Shown here one piece after another: positions 1 through 10,265 of a stretch of 64,000 bases of DNA. The notes beneath the pieces were generated by a model. That model ran no database searches and was not told the origin of the DNA. It saw only the letters and a program-made list of their open reading frames with translations. This DNA comes from a virus. Lineage: Duplodnaviria > Caudoviricetes. The DNA is taken from IMG/VR virus record IMGVR_UViG_3300018405_000011, one strand, 5' to 3'. The translations under genes and the position numbers were made by a program. Position 1 is the stretch's first letter; every line of letters begins with the position of its first letter.

Positions 1-615
1 TTCTTAGTAAACCTAGAAGGGGATTTGTTTACAGAAGTTACGGCTGACGTAGACGCGATGTTGGAAGGTGGTGGGTTATTATCTGGTACAGACTTTACGA
101 CGCGTCAAGACGCGGTGTTTAGTCTAGACATGAGTACGATTTCACCGACTATCTATGGCACGTATGTACATACCCAGAAGACGGATATTACGATTGACCA
201 ACCAGGGGCTATCTCTGGACAAACCTGGTTAATTGACTACATCGGAGATCAAACTAACATGTTTGGTCAAGACCTGAAGGCGTCATGTAATGCTATCGGT
301 GACACCATTAACATTGCTAATGGCATTGGTATTCTAGAGAACTGGTTAACGGAACTCTACTATGCCATCGAACCACTGTACGATAACACGGTACTGACTC
401 AAGCACCAACACCAACGCACTTCTCACTCATCTACGATGACGTCGAGACAGACAAGGTGGTGCTCACTGACTACAGCTCTAATATTCCACTCTCGGTAGG
501 TATGGGTAACTTTACCAACCAAGACACCGTCATGGTACGCTGGATTTTAGAAACTGTAGATGGGGATAAAACCCTAGGTATCACACCGTTGTTTATTAAG
601 AACGACCTAGCCTAA
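1..615 (+). CDS. 3' part of a probable virion structural protein (truncated by window start)
   Basis: Frame 1 is open from base 1, upstream of the track's TTG at 25. It lies directly upstream of terminase, where phiKZ-like phages encode structural proteins. A terminator follows. Confidence 0.5.
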   Translation, partial: FLVNLEGDLFTEVTADVDAMLEGGGLLSGTDFTTRQDAVFSLDMSTISPTIYGTYVHTQKTDITIDQPGAISGQTWLIDYIGDQTNMFGQDLKASCNAIGDTINIANGIGILENWLTELYYAIEPLYDNTVLTQAPTPTHFSLIYDDVETDKVVLTDYSSNIPLSVGMGNFTNQDTVMVRWILETVDGDKTLGITPLFIKNDLA

Positions 616-625
616 ATAAAATCCT

Positions 626-660
626 ATAGAGGGGTGCCTTCGGGTACCCCCTATATTTTT
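626..660 (+). terminator. Rho-independent terminator
   Basis: GGGGTGCC-TTCG-GGTACCCC stem followed by a T run. Confidence 0.75.
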
Positions 661-680
661 ATATCTTAGGAGTGTAAGAG

Positions 681-2819
681 ATGATTCTACATGCCGGAGA
701 CTGGGGATATTATCCTAACGCCATAGCGGATACCACAACTAAGAACGCTAGCTTTCTCCATTATGCGAAAACCCTAACCGCCTTAGGGGTAGAAAACCAC
801 GCATGGCCATTGGCTCTGCATAACCCTGAAATCCAGGGCATAGACCCCTTCAACAGTAAACTCACTGTAGAAGAAGTCGCTGCTATCTCGTATGAATCTA
901 AATTTAACTATTGGTATTTCTTACGGGAAGTCTCTAGGGTTCCACAAACCGGTACCACCATCCCTTCTTGCTATTTAGCAAACCGAGCTAATATGGCACT
1001 GAACTGGTGTTTCTTAAATAACATTGACTTCGCTAACATTATGCCCCGTCAGTGTGGTAAGTCGGTCGGAGCTGACGTATTAAACAACTGGTTAATGCAT
1101 GTTAGTGGCGTTAACTTAAACATACAGCTCATTACGCGCGGTGATGACCTGCGTGTTAAAAACATTAAGCGGCTAAAAGCCATCCGGGATTTACTCCCTC
1201 CTTATCTAAACTTTTACCGTCCAGGCAAGGACGCTAATAACACCGAGCGCTTAACCTGTATGGCGCTTGAGAATGAATATGTGACTGCTGTTGCACAAAA
1301 AGATAAAGCAGCAGCAGATAACCTAGGGCGTGGATTGACATCGTCCATTATTCAGGCGGATGAACCACCATACTGTGCAAACATACATATATCTTTGCCT
1401 GTAGCGCTGGCAGGTGCCGGTACGGCTCGTGATTTGGCTGAAGCGAACGGTACGTTCTATGGTAACATCTATACAACAACGGCTGGTAAAAAGGATACGC
1501 CGGAAGGGAAGTACATGTACGACCTTATCCACTCCGGTATGTACTGGACTGAAAAGCTATTAGATGCCGGTAGCCGTGAACAAGCCTGGGACATGATTGC
1601 ACTGCACAGTAAACGTCGGTTGGTAAACGGTACGTTCTCACATCGCCAGATAGGTAAAGACGATGAATGGTTACGCAAGAAGATTATCGACTCTACAGGG
1701 GATAAAGATGCGGCGGAGCGCGACTATCTGAACCAATGGACATCCGGTAGTGAGAGCTCACCTTTATCAGTAGCGCTTAACAGAGCCGTAGCGCAGTCTA
1801 AGAAAGAAGCTACCTATACGCAACGCTTTAAACAGAACTACCTCTTAGATTGGTTTATAGGGCGTGCCGACATGCAGTCTAGGCTCATGAACAATGAAAT
1901 CATTCTAAACATCGACCCGTCTCAGCTTGTAGGGGAAGACGGTAACGGAGTGGTGATAGAAGACCTGCGTAATATGGAAGTAATTGCCGGTACAGATATT
2001 ACGACTTCTAATATCTTCAGTTTTGCCAGTTGGGTGACTGACATGTTGGTGATGTTTAAGAAAATGACCTTAGTCATTGAGAATGCGGCATCCGGACAAG
2101 CCATACTTGACATCGTGGCACACCAACTCATGCAGTTAGGTATTAACCCATTCAGACGTATCTTTAACCGCGTTATCGATAACCCTATCTCCATGAAGGC
2201 AGCCTATCTTGACGTCGTTGAAAACAGTGACAAGTGTGAACCTGAGCTTTATGAGAAATACAAAAAGTATTTTGGGTTTAATACGAATGGGGCGACTCGC
2301 CCACTACTGTACGGAATGGTACTTCAGAAAGCGGCTAAATCCACTGCTCATTTATGTAACCATCCTGCTCTAGTAGAACAGATACTGAGTTTGGTGAAAA
2401 AGAATGGGCGTGTAGACCACCCATCAGGCGGTCACGATGATATGGTTATCGCGTGGTTGCTTGGACACTGGTTCAGTACTTATGCTCAAAACTTAGCCTG
2501 GTACGGAATCCGCCCAGGGGTCGTGCAGTCACTGGTGAGTGAGTTAGGCGCCGAACTGAGTGACGAAGAGATACGTGACCGTATCTTTAGGGAAGGATTG
2601 ATTAAGCGCATTAACGGCTTAAAAGAGAAACTGGAGACTTGTAATGACATTGTACTGACACAGTCATACTCAATGCAGATTAAGTTGCTGGTGGCTCAAC
2701 TTGACGATACTGACTTTGAAGCTAAGGTTATGGCAGACATCCGGGCTATTAGTGAAGAGAAAGGTAAGGAGAAACGTTCGTTAAGTCAAATCCTTAAAGA
2801 AGAAAATAAGTATTACTAA
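681..2819 (+). CDS. terL: Terminase large subunit (phiKZ gp25-like)
   Basis: Walker A RQCGKS, Walker B IQADEPPY, nuclease motifs NIDPS..GED and GGHDDMVIAW; 712 aa; AGGAG RBS. Confidence 0.92.
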   Translation: MILHAGDWGYYPNAIADTTTKNASFLHYAKTLTALGVENHAWPLALHNPEIQGIDPFNSKLTVEEVAAISYESKFNYWYFLREVSRVPQTGTTIPSCYLANRANMALNWCFLNNIDFANIMPRQCGKSVGADVLNNWLMHVSGVNLNIQLITRGDDLRVKNIKRLKAIRDLLPPYLNFYRPGKDANNTERLTCMALENEYVTAVAQKDKAAADNLGRGLTSSIIQADEPPYCANIHISLPVALAGAGTARDLAEANGTFYGNIYTTTAGKKDTPEGKYMYDLIHSGMYWTEKLLDAGSREQAWDMIALHSKRRLVNGTFSHRQIGKDDEWLRKKIIDSTGDKDAAERDYLNQWTSGSESSPLSVALNRAVAQSKKEATYTQRFKQNYLLDWFIGRADMQSRLMNNEIILNIDPSQLVGEDGNGVVIEDLRNMEVIAGTDITTSNIFSFASWVTDMLVMFKKMTLVIENAASGQAILDIVAHQLMQLGINPFRRIFNRVIDNPISMKAAYLDVVENSDKCEPELYEKYKKYFGFNTNGATRPLLYGMVLQKAAKSTAHLCNHPALVEQILSLVKKNGRVDHPSGGHDDMVIAWLLGHWFSTYAQNLAWYGIRPGVVQSLVSELGAELSDEEIRDRIFREGLIKRINGLKEKLETCNDIVLTQSYSMQIKLLVAQLDDTDFEAKVMADIRAISEEKGKEKRSLSQILKEENKYY

Positions 2820-2826
2820 AACGACA

Positions 2827-2860
2827 TTACTCTCCTTCCCCGTTAAAGGAAGGAGAGTAA
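2827..2860. terminator. Bidirectional terminator between convergent genes
   Basis: 13-bp inverted repeat TTACTCTCCTTCC / GGAAGGAGAGTAA. Confidence 0.75.
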
Positions 2861-2873
2861 TTGTCTATTCTGG

Positions 2874-4100
2874 TTAAGTTGAAGAACTGCCGCCGGATTT
2901 AAGGGTAAAGATACGCAGGATGAGATAGATGTAAAGGGCAACGCCTGTGGCGACCCGCATAGCTGGTCTAGCTCTAGGTACCGCTTCTTCTACGAGTTCA
3001 ACACATAGGCGCTTAATCGTAATCAAATCTTTGCGTTTGGTACGTGAAGAACGATAGTAGTCTCGGCATTTACTAATCATAGCAGGGACATCCGTAAGCG
3101 ATATACCGTCACCACGAGAGACATCAAACAACATGATAACTAGTTCTTCGGATAGCTCATCGAGTTGAGGACGTAAGACACGGCTGTTTTCTGACATGTA
3201 AGATAAGGTATCTCTAAGGTAACGAATGTCAGCAGTTGTGACCACTGTCATTGTGTCTTCTAGTAACGACTCCTTAATGAGTTCGGCTTTAGTCTTGTAG
3301 CGTCCCTTTAAGTCCTCAATGAGTTCTCTTTGGAAGCTACGGACGTTACCGACGACCTTAACACCTTCATGTTCACCTATGCGGCTAAAACTACCAATGC
3401 GTGCTTCTTGGTCTTTAATGCGATGGAAGGATTCCGTTAAAGCGTTTAAGACGTCGGTTAAACGGTCCTGTAGGTCATTTGCCCACTTAGCCACATCATA
3501 GGTGCCTTGGAATGTTTGAAGCTGCTGACGCCATAGGAACTTATCTGAAACGACTTGTTCACCACGCATCTTAAGTAGTTCAAACCAGCTCCCTGCTTTC
3601 TTTAAATCCGACCGATAGTCCAATGACTCATAGTGAGCCATGGCAATGGATTCATTGGCTTTAAATCGAAAACGGTTACGCATGCCTGATGTTAAGTGTT
3701 TCATGTGGGCGCCGATAATGGTGTATACAATACCAATCTCTTTTTCGTCTTGAGAAAGACGGCTGGTAGCAATACGGTGAGCCACATATAGAAACGAAAG
3801 GTTCATGAGACTAGAAGCCACGCGCCAGCGAGATTCAATCCCGTCTAGCTCGTAGATGTCATTCTGGCAATCTTCAATATCGATAATACCACAGATTTCT
3901 TCTAGCCAATAGCGACCGTCGACTTCGTCCATCCATACCGCACGGTAAACCCCTAAGAGGTGCCCACCGAAAAAATTGGTGTGTTCTTCATTTTTGTTTG
4001 CGAACTTCTGGACGAACTGAAGTACGCGATTGATAAATTGCTTATCGACCTCAATGTTGGTATAGGTATCCATTAGGTCTTTGAGTGATGGAAATGCCAT
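2874..4100 (-). CDS. Conserved phiKZ-like protein, probably virion-associated
   Basis: 408-aa ORF convergent with terL; function inferred from synteny only. Confidence 0.5.
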   Translation of the reverse strand: MAFPSLKDLMDTYTNIEVDKQFINRVLQFVQKFANKNEEHTNFFGGHLLGVYRAVWMDEVDGRYWLEEICGIIDIEDCQNDIYELDGIESRWRVASSLMNLSFLYVAHRIATSRLSQDEKEIGIVYTIIGAHMKHLTSGMRNRFRFKANESIAMAHYESLDYRSDLKKAGSWFELLKMRGEQVVSDKFLWRQQLQTFQGTYDVAKWANDLQDRLTDVLNALTESFHRIKDQEARIGSFSRIGEHEGVKVVGNVRSFQRELIEDLKGRYKTKAELIKESLLEDTMTVVTTADIRYLRDTLSYMSENSRVLRPQLDELSEELVIMLFDVSRGDGISLTDVPAMISKCRDYYRSSRTKRKDLITIKRLCVELVEEAVPRARPAMRVATGVALYIYLILRIFTLKSGGSSST

Positions 4101-4165
4101 AAAGTTATCCTATCAGTGAGGATGAATAAAAAGAGTATCTAGAGGATTCGTTTTCGGCACGGGTT

Positions 4166-4179
4166 AAAACCCATATTAC
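4166..4179 (+). promoter_or_regulatory. Phage promoter motif AAAACCYATATTAC
   Basis: Near-identical copies occur upstream of + strand gene blocks at 9439, 15871, 22447, 24158, 31603, 39440 and 44734. The core resembles the phiKZ early-promoter consensus TATATTAC. Confidence 0.65.
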
Positions 4180-4263
4180 CTTAACGCATAAACACTACCT
4201 GTTAACTATAGGGAATACTTATAACCATGTTCAACATTTTAACTTTACTGTGCGAGGCACATT

Positions 4264-5031
4264 ATGAATGCAAAGAAAGAGCAAGAAGCTCGAGTTGCCG
4301 CCATGCGGCTAGTACTCGACCACTACAGGCGAGATACCGTCAGTCCCATTTTTATTACGCCGGAGATACTTAGGGAATACCACTACCAGCTAAAGGATGT
4401 TGACCGTGTAGTTGTGTTTATTGGGTTTGACATTAACAGCCCATTAATGATACCGACAGGAACGCACTTTAAACAAGATGTATGGGTGGTAGAGTCCATC
4501 TATCGCTCCGCAATTGACGTAACTATCGAAGGTGACATGTATTTCATGGACACTGAGATTAGATTACGTTATGGAACCGACATCGTAATTAATACCCACC
4601 CTCTGGCTGAAGTCAAAGGTATCCACCGCTTCGATGCAGTGAGTTGGGAGCACTGGAAGTCTGAAAAGATACGGACACGACTTATGGGTAACAAAGCTGT
4701 TAGAGTCTTTCATAACGAAACCGACGCTAAAGTGTTACAACAGAAGTTCCGCGATGTCTTTTTAGCCCTCCCTACATTTCCACTGAAAGATTTTATTAAA
4801 CTCCTTCCGTCAGTCAAACTTTTGTATAATAAAAATAAGGGGCTACATAAAGTAGTCGGTGATATCATCATAAAAGGACCTTACCGATACACCATACCCG
4901 AAAACCTATTATTCACAGGAGACGTCAGTCATCTAGATTACATCCAGCAAGACTATCCATCAACCACTCGGATAGAAGGCGGTAAAATCGAGATGCTGAG
5001 TTACTTCAACTATGCTGACAACAACCCTTAA
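4264..5031 (+). CDS. Hypothetical protein
   Basis: 255-aa ORF with GAGG RBS downstream of a promoter motif. Confidence 0.7.
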   Translation: MNAKKEQEARVAAMRLVLDHYRRDTVSPIFITPEILREYHYQLKDVDRVVVFIGFDINSPLMIPTGTHFKQDVWVVESIYRSAIDVTIEGDMYFMDTEIRLRYGTDIVINTHPLAEVKGIHRFDAVSWEHWKSEKIRTRLMGNKAVRVFHNETDAKVLQQKFRDVFLALPTFPLKDFIKLLPSVKLLYNKNKGLHKVVGDIIIKGPYRYTIPENLLFTGDVSHLDYIQQDYPSTTRIEGGKIEMLSYFNYADNNP

Positions 5032-5371
5032 TCAAAAGAAACTTATCGTAGTCGGTAATTTCTTCTCCTGTAACGGGGAGATAGGAAACCCACTGCGCGT
5101 GGCCTATACGGGAGCGGATGTTGCCCCGTGGCTAAAAGAAGCCTTTGATAATAACGTATCTGAAGAAGACTATGGCGCACTCGCCCAACACCCAGACCCT
5201 CATGTGAGGTGTCTGGTTGCTCGTAATCTAGAATGTCTGGATATACTGGCAAATGATGTCGATGCTTCAGTACGTCAAATTGCAAAGGAAGCTTTGCGCT
5301 ATACTAGAGGACCCATGCGGGACCCGATTGATATAAAGCGTGAATTTCACCATGAATGGGTGCGGCAGTAA
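5012..5371 (+). CDS. Hypothetical protein with short HEAT/LRV-like repeats
   Basis: LAQHPDPHVRCLVARN and LANDVDASVRQIAKE repeats. Confidence 0.55.
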   Translation: MLTTTLNQKKLIVVGNFFSCNGEIGNPLRVAYTGADVAPWLKEAFDNNVSEEDYGALAQHPDPHVRCLVARNLECLDILANDVDASVRQIAKEALRYTRGPMRDPIDIKREFHHEWVRQ

Positions 5372-5458
5372 TCCCATAGACTCAGGACAATAAATTAAAC
5401 CTTTAATTTATGCCCTCTTCGTATTTTAAACCCACTAATCCGTAAACAGGAGTTTTAC

Positions 5459-6409
5459 ATGAGTAATTGGCAAGGCGGTGGCGGTAACTGGGGCGGTAAA
5501 CGCGCTCCTAAGCCACGTCCACAACACGGTCCAGAGCACGAACTAGAGCCACGCATTGAAGCTATCTTACGCAAAGACCGTAATGTCCCTAAGAACTATC
5601 ACAGTCCAGGTGAATCTCCATCGCGTGAAACCATACTGTTAGAAGGTGACCCAGAACGTCAAAGTATTGAAGTACCAAAAGCGGCAATGTTGTTTAAGCA
5701 AGCAGGCTACCCACTGAACCACGACCAGTATCCACCGATTAAGAAGTTTAATTCTGAATACCCAGATTCAAACTACTACTTCGTACACAGCGGTCCTGTA
5801 TTCTGGAAGAAAGACGAAAACTTCCGTCATATCCCGACATACTCACGTTATGTCATCGACCGCTTCGGTCGTGTACTCAATGCCTGCACTGGTGTTGCTG
5901 TACAACCTGAAAACGATCGTATGTATAAACTGGTGGCTGATGGTCCTGCCTTTAGCAATAACCCATACTGGGCAGCTAAAGACACACTGCTGATGTTAGC
6001 ATTCAGTACCTTACCTGAAAACTTCATTGACTATGGCGGTGGTACATACAGCCATGAGCTTAAAGTTGATGCAGAGAAAGGTGAGTACACATGGGTTGCT
6101 CGTCCAGCAGTGAAAGTCCGCAATGGCGAAACTGGTCAAACGAAGTTATATCGTAATTTCCCTGAGTTTATTGAATGTGCGGTAAAAGACTTCCAGCAAG
6201 CCGGTGATTTACGACGTCAAATCCGTACACCGATTGATGGCGTTCTGACCGTAGGTCCGTTCCAAATCAAGCTAGCAGAAGAAACGGCGATGCCTGAACT
6301 TCCAGTGGCTAGCGAAAGCAGTTCTACTGCGGCAGTCAGTGAGCCTGCTCCAGCAGCAGCCACACAAGAAGAAACCGTCGATATTGATTTCGATGATTTA
6401 GAATTCTAA
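5459..6409 (+). CDS. Protein with a NUMOD4-like motif, Gly-rich N-terminus and acidic SSB-like C-terminal tail
   Basis: FRHIPTYSRYVIDRFGRVLN motif; ends DIDFDDLEF; AGGAG RBS; strong terminator at 6418-6451. Confidence 0.6.
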   Translation: MSNWQGGGGNWGGKRAPKPRPQHGPEHELEPRIEAILRKDRNVPKNYHSPGESPSRETILLEGDPERQSIEVPKAAMLFKQAGYPLNHDQYPPIKKFNSEYPDSNYYFVHSGPVFWKKDENFRHIPTYSRYVIDRFGRVLNACTGVAVQPENDRMYKLVADGPAFSNNPYWAAKDTLLMLAFSTLPENFIDYGGGTYSHELKVDAEKGEYTWVARPAVKVRNGETGQTKLYRNFPEFIECAVKDFQQAGDLRRQIRTPIDGVLTVGPFQIKLAEETAMPELPVASESSSTAAVSEPAPAAATQEETVDIDFDDLEF

Positions 6410-6464
6410 CATGAACTAGTGTACTGTCTGATTTCGGTCAGACAGTACACTAATAGGAGCTTTT

Positions 6465-7742
6465 ATGAAAATATACTTAGTAGGTGGTGCAGTACGTGAC
6501 ATAGCAATGGGCTTAAGTCCAAAGGACTTTGACTATGTGGCTGTTGGCGGTAATCCCGATTATTTTCAGGAATGGAAGATGGTCGGTAAAGACTTTCCGG
6601 TTTTTATTGAACCGGCACATGGATGGGAAGTTGCATTAGCACGTAAAGAAAGTAAGACAGGACTAGGGTATACCGGTTTTTCTATAGAGTGGGAAGGGGT
6701 GACTCTAGAAGAAGATTTAGCTCGACGTGACCTGACCATCAATGCAATGGCGCAGGAAGTTGACTGGGAGCAAACGGTTGAGAAAGGGTACCCTATAACA
6801 ACCGGGGATATCATAGACCCCTACGGTGGCTTAGACAGTCTTAAGAACCGATTGTTGCATCCGACCTCAGTGCGGTTCGAAGAGGACCCAGTGAGGCTAT
6901 TACGCGCCGGGCGCTTTCTAGCACGGTATACTGAGTTTAAGCCGAGTGTCCAGTTAATCGAAGTTTGTAAAAGAATGGCGCGACAGGGTACAATGGGTGA
7001 ACTTAATGCGGCCCGTGTATGGAAAGAAACGGAAAAGGCCCTAACTGAGCACTTTCCAGTGAACTACTTCGACTTCATTACCCAGTTTGACTTTCCCTTT
7101 GTACGGTTCTTACGGGCAATGAAACATACCCGTGAGGACAATGCTTATCATCGTGAAGAGTCTGTCTATGACCATACAATGATGGTATTAGCTCATGCCA
7201 GTCAAACCGATAATAATCCTAGGCTTAACTTTGCCTGCTTAATGCATGACATTGCTAAACCCTATTGTTATGCAACTCAAGGGAATGGACATGGACATGA
7301 AGAGGTAGGAGTAGGGATGGTTAAAGAGTTCTGCTCTACATGGAGTATACCTAAGGCATATCGAGATTCGGCCATTGCAGTTACACGTTACCACCAAATG
7401 GTACATTCTGCACTAGGACGTAATGGCGATAGTCCGCTTAGACCACGCAGTGTTATGACTCTCTTCAATGGCATCCATGCCTTTAATCAACCCGATAATT
7501 TAGAGTTTCTACTGCAAGCATGTTTCGCTGACCATTACGGACGCATTGGCGATGAGCCCCCAGCCGTTTATCGCAATAGCGAGTTTCTAAAGGAGTGTTA
7601 TGCCGCAGCTTCGCAGGTTGACGCACAAGCTTTAGCCGCTCGTCTTATCGAGAAGGGGAACTGCGCAGGACACGTCATTGGTGAACGTATCAATGAAGCG
7701 AGATGTAAAGCTATCTCGGTGGTCCGTAACCAATGGGTTTAA
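6465..7742 (+). CDS. cca: Class II multifunctional CCA tRNA nucleotidyltransferase with HD domain
   Basis: GGAVRD, DFD, EDLARRDLTINAMA and EDPVRLLRAGRF motifs; HD domain HTMMVL...MHDIAK. Confidence 0.93.
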   Translation: MKIYLVGGAVRDIAMGLSPKDFDYVAVGGNPDYFQEWKMVGKDFPVFIEPAHGWEVALARKESKTGLGYTGFSIEWEGVTLEEDLARRDLTINAMAQEVDWEQTVEKGYPITTGDIIDPYGGLDSLKNRLLHPTSVRFEEDPVRLLRAGRFLARYTEFKPSVQLIEVCKRMARQGTMGELNAARVWKETEKALTEHFPVNYFDFITQFDFPFVRFLRAMKHTREDNAYHREESVYDHTMMVLAHASQTDNNPRLNFACLMHDIAKPYCYATQGNGHGHEEVGVGMVKEFCSTWSIPKAYRDSAIAVTRYHQMVHSALGRNGDSPLRPRSVMTLFNGIHAFNQPDNLEFLLQACFADHYGRIGDEPPAVYRNSEFLKECYAAASQVDAQALAARLIEKGNCAGHVIGERINEARCKAISVVRNQWV

Positions 7743-8899
7743 TAAGTTAGATTAGGTTATCTGCGTGATAGCAGATAACCTATCTTTTTAACTTAACTTA
7801 TTTTTCTCTCTATAAAAGCCCAGAAGGCGGTTTAGATATAAATCAACCCACTTGCCTTAGTTAACTAAAATAACCCTCTTAGAAATCGATACAATGCGTT
7901 TTAAGCTATATTTGAATACAAAGATTAAAGTAAGTTAAAAACATCCTGTTAAAGTTATGTTTTCTTAGTAGGTAATTTTGACTCTTGTAAAATACCCAAT
8001 TTTGACCTAAATATTTTTAAGTGCGATGACTTTCTAAAATTAGGACATTTCTCTCTATCCATTGCCCCACCTTTAGTATGCCTTAATTTGTAAAAATTTA
8101 CAGAGCCGATCAAATTAAGATGAGGAGCTTTTCTAGATCTATTTTTTTCTAAAGAAAAAAATAAGTAATTATTAATATATATAGAAAAAAATATTTTAAT
8201 AAGATTAGTCATATAAAGATATTAAAAAAAAACAACTGAAAGTTGTTTTTAAAGAATATAAAACCTAAAAGAAAAAGATCAGGAACTCGAACTACGTTCT
8301 CATTCTGGAAATTAGATCGGTTTAAATATATCTCGAAGAGTCTGCTATGAGTGTAAGCACTCATAGACTCACTAGGAAGATTCTAGAGAAAAGTTTAGTA
8401 GGTTTATATAAAAACTCAACATTTACACTCTACTCCTCCTGAGGACTACCTCAGGAGAGATGAAGTAAACTTTCAAAAAACATTGGATTATAACTGATGC
8501 CTCCCTTGAGGGGAGTCATAGAAAGTCCCGGAGGGAGATCTAAAATAAACAAAATATATTTGGGCCGCGACGCGACGCCGTCGGGCACACCTCTGGCAAA
8601 AATAAAGTCCCTAATGCCCTCTAAAAGTTCCTGTATCGAACGTAGAGCCACGTTAAAGTATTAAGGTGATAGATTGCTTACCTTTTACATTATCGTCGCT
8701 CTAATCGCTTTACAGAGAAGATTTTATATTTTAATCAAAAACAGTAAAAACACATTCCTGTCTCCTTTTACGGAAGACAGGAATGGTTTGTAAACCCCGT
8801 AGGGGAGGTGCCACTAAGATACCAGAGTGTGAAAACAGTGGCACCTCTATTCATCGCTGTAGCTAGGTCTAATAATTACAGCCATACAATTGGTGCGAT

Positions 8900-9355
8900 A
8901 TGAAAACAACCGTAACCTATCTCGAGGACATCTGTGATGTAGCACGGCTACGCACGGGGGATGTTCTTATCAATTTCTGTAACTGTCGCTGTGAATGGCG
9001 GAGTGATTGGCAGCAATCTTTAAAGCGTGCTTGTCAGAACGCATACATTGCCGATTTGAATACCCGTAAGGGAGACGCTACTAAGTTAGGCATGGTAACA
9101 TGGGCTAAAGAACGTAATGGGGTCTTTGTTGTAAACCTATACTGTTACATTGAACATACCAAAGAACCTTTAACCACCATTGAGGAAAACCTCTATCGAG
9201 GACTTAAGGTGGTTCATGCCCTGTTCCCTAAGAGTAGGGTAGTTGTCCCTGCCCATGTGCCTTGTATCCTGCCTCGATGGCATACTTCACTTATGCAGCA
9301 ACTCCATAGCGTACTGCATGACCGAGACCTTGTTTTGTACGTAGACGGTAAATAG
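8900..9355 (+). CDS. Macrodomain-like protein (degenerate)
   Basis: GDVLINFCNC...GDATKLG...VVNLY matches the phage macrodomain pattern, but the glycine-rich loops are altered. Confidence 0.55.
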   Translation: MKTTVTYLEDICDVARLRTGDVLINFCNCRCEWRSDWQQSLKRACQNAYIADLNTRKGDATKLGMVTWAKERNGVFVVNLYCYIEHTKEPLTTIEENLYRGLKVVHALFPKSRVVVPAHVPCILPRWHTSLMQQLHSVLHDRDLVLYVDGK

Positions 9356-9438
9356 AGACCCAGTCACCGAAGTGACTGGGGTACAACAGGCGACTCACGT
9401 GAAGCCACAAAGCTCTCTACTAAATTTGTAAGTTATCT

Positions 9439-9452
9439 AAAACCTATATTAC
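9439..9452 (+). promoter_or_regulatory. Phage promoter motif
   Basis: AAAACCTATATTAC, perfect consensus. Confidence 0.7.
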
Positions 9453-9489
9453 TTCAGTGATATACTCTAATAAACCAAAGGAGACTGTT

Positions 9490-10218
9490 ATGTCTAACGA
9501 ACTTTTAAAACCACAAGAATTATTGGCGCTCTGTAAACAGAACTTTGAATCCGACTCCCTTACCTTGGAAGACAGTGACAGTCTGAAGACAGCCCTGGAA
9601 GGATATGTACAGACTTACCCAGCCGTAGCGAAGGGGTTGTTTTATTCACAGAGCGAGAACGGTGTGTTGTGTACCGAACTTAACGACTATGTGGCTCGAC
9701 TGTTCATGCAGTACCTGGATGACCTGGTTAAGCTGAACCAGACGGTCTATGTGAAAACCTCTACATTCAACATCCAAGATACCGCAATGCCTAAAGCGAT
9801 GCAGGCAGCACTATACAAAGCTATCCCGTATTACCTTAATGGCCCATGGTGCGTTACTGTCGATAAAGACCTACGTCAGTTCAGTCGCCGCTATCTAGCA
9901 GAAGACTCGGTTAGTCAGATTGAAAAGATTAAGCGCATAACCGAGCGTCGTTTGCGTTATATCGCACCCGGCTCACCTGTCAGCATCGTTGGCGGCGGGG
10001 ATAACCAGCACCGTGTAGGCATCCTCTGTGAAGCTAAGGGCGATATCCATTTAGGTTGGACAGAGTGTACTATTGCGTTCAGTGCCGGCGGTAATCTGGT
10101 AGAGTACGCAACCTATCACCGTTCTGAGATACGTCCATTTAGTACCCAGAAGAAAGACCTAGATAAAATCGGTCAGTCTTTATGGGATACCTTAGAAGCT
10201 AAATTGGTAAAGGCGTAA
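9490..10218 (+). CDS. Hypothetical protein
   Basis: AAGGAG RBS before the ATG at 9490; about 242 aa. Confidence 0.7.
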   Translation: MSNELLKPQELLALCKQNFESDSLTLEDSDSLKTALEGYVQTYPAVAKGLFYSQSENGVLCTELNDYVARLFMQYLDDLVKLNQTVYVKTSTFNIQDTAMPKAMQAALYKAIPYYLNGPWCVTVDKDLRQFSRRYLAEDSVSQIEKIKRITERRLRYIAPGSPVSIVGGGDNQHRVGILCEAKGDIHLGWTECTIAFSAGGNLVEYATYHRSEIRPFSTQKKDLDKIGQSLWDTLEAKLVKA

Positions 10219-10265
10219 CTTCAGAACCTATAACCCCCCCCCCATCATGAGAGGAGTATTAAAGC

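Noticed and set aside
7955-8651. Minus-strand ORFs 7955-8212 and 8451-8651
   Set aside because: AT-rich low-complexity frames with no convincing RBS or motif; treated as probably non-coding.
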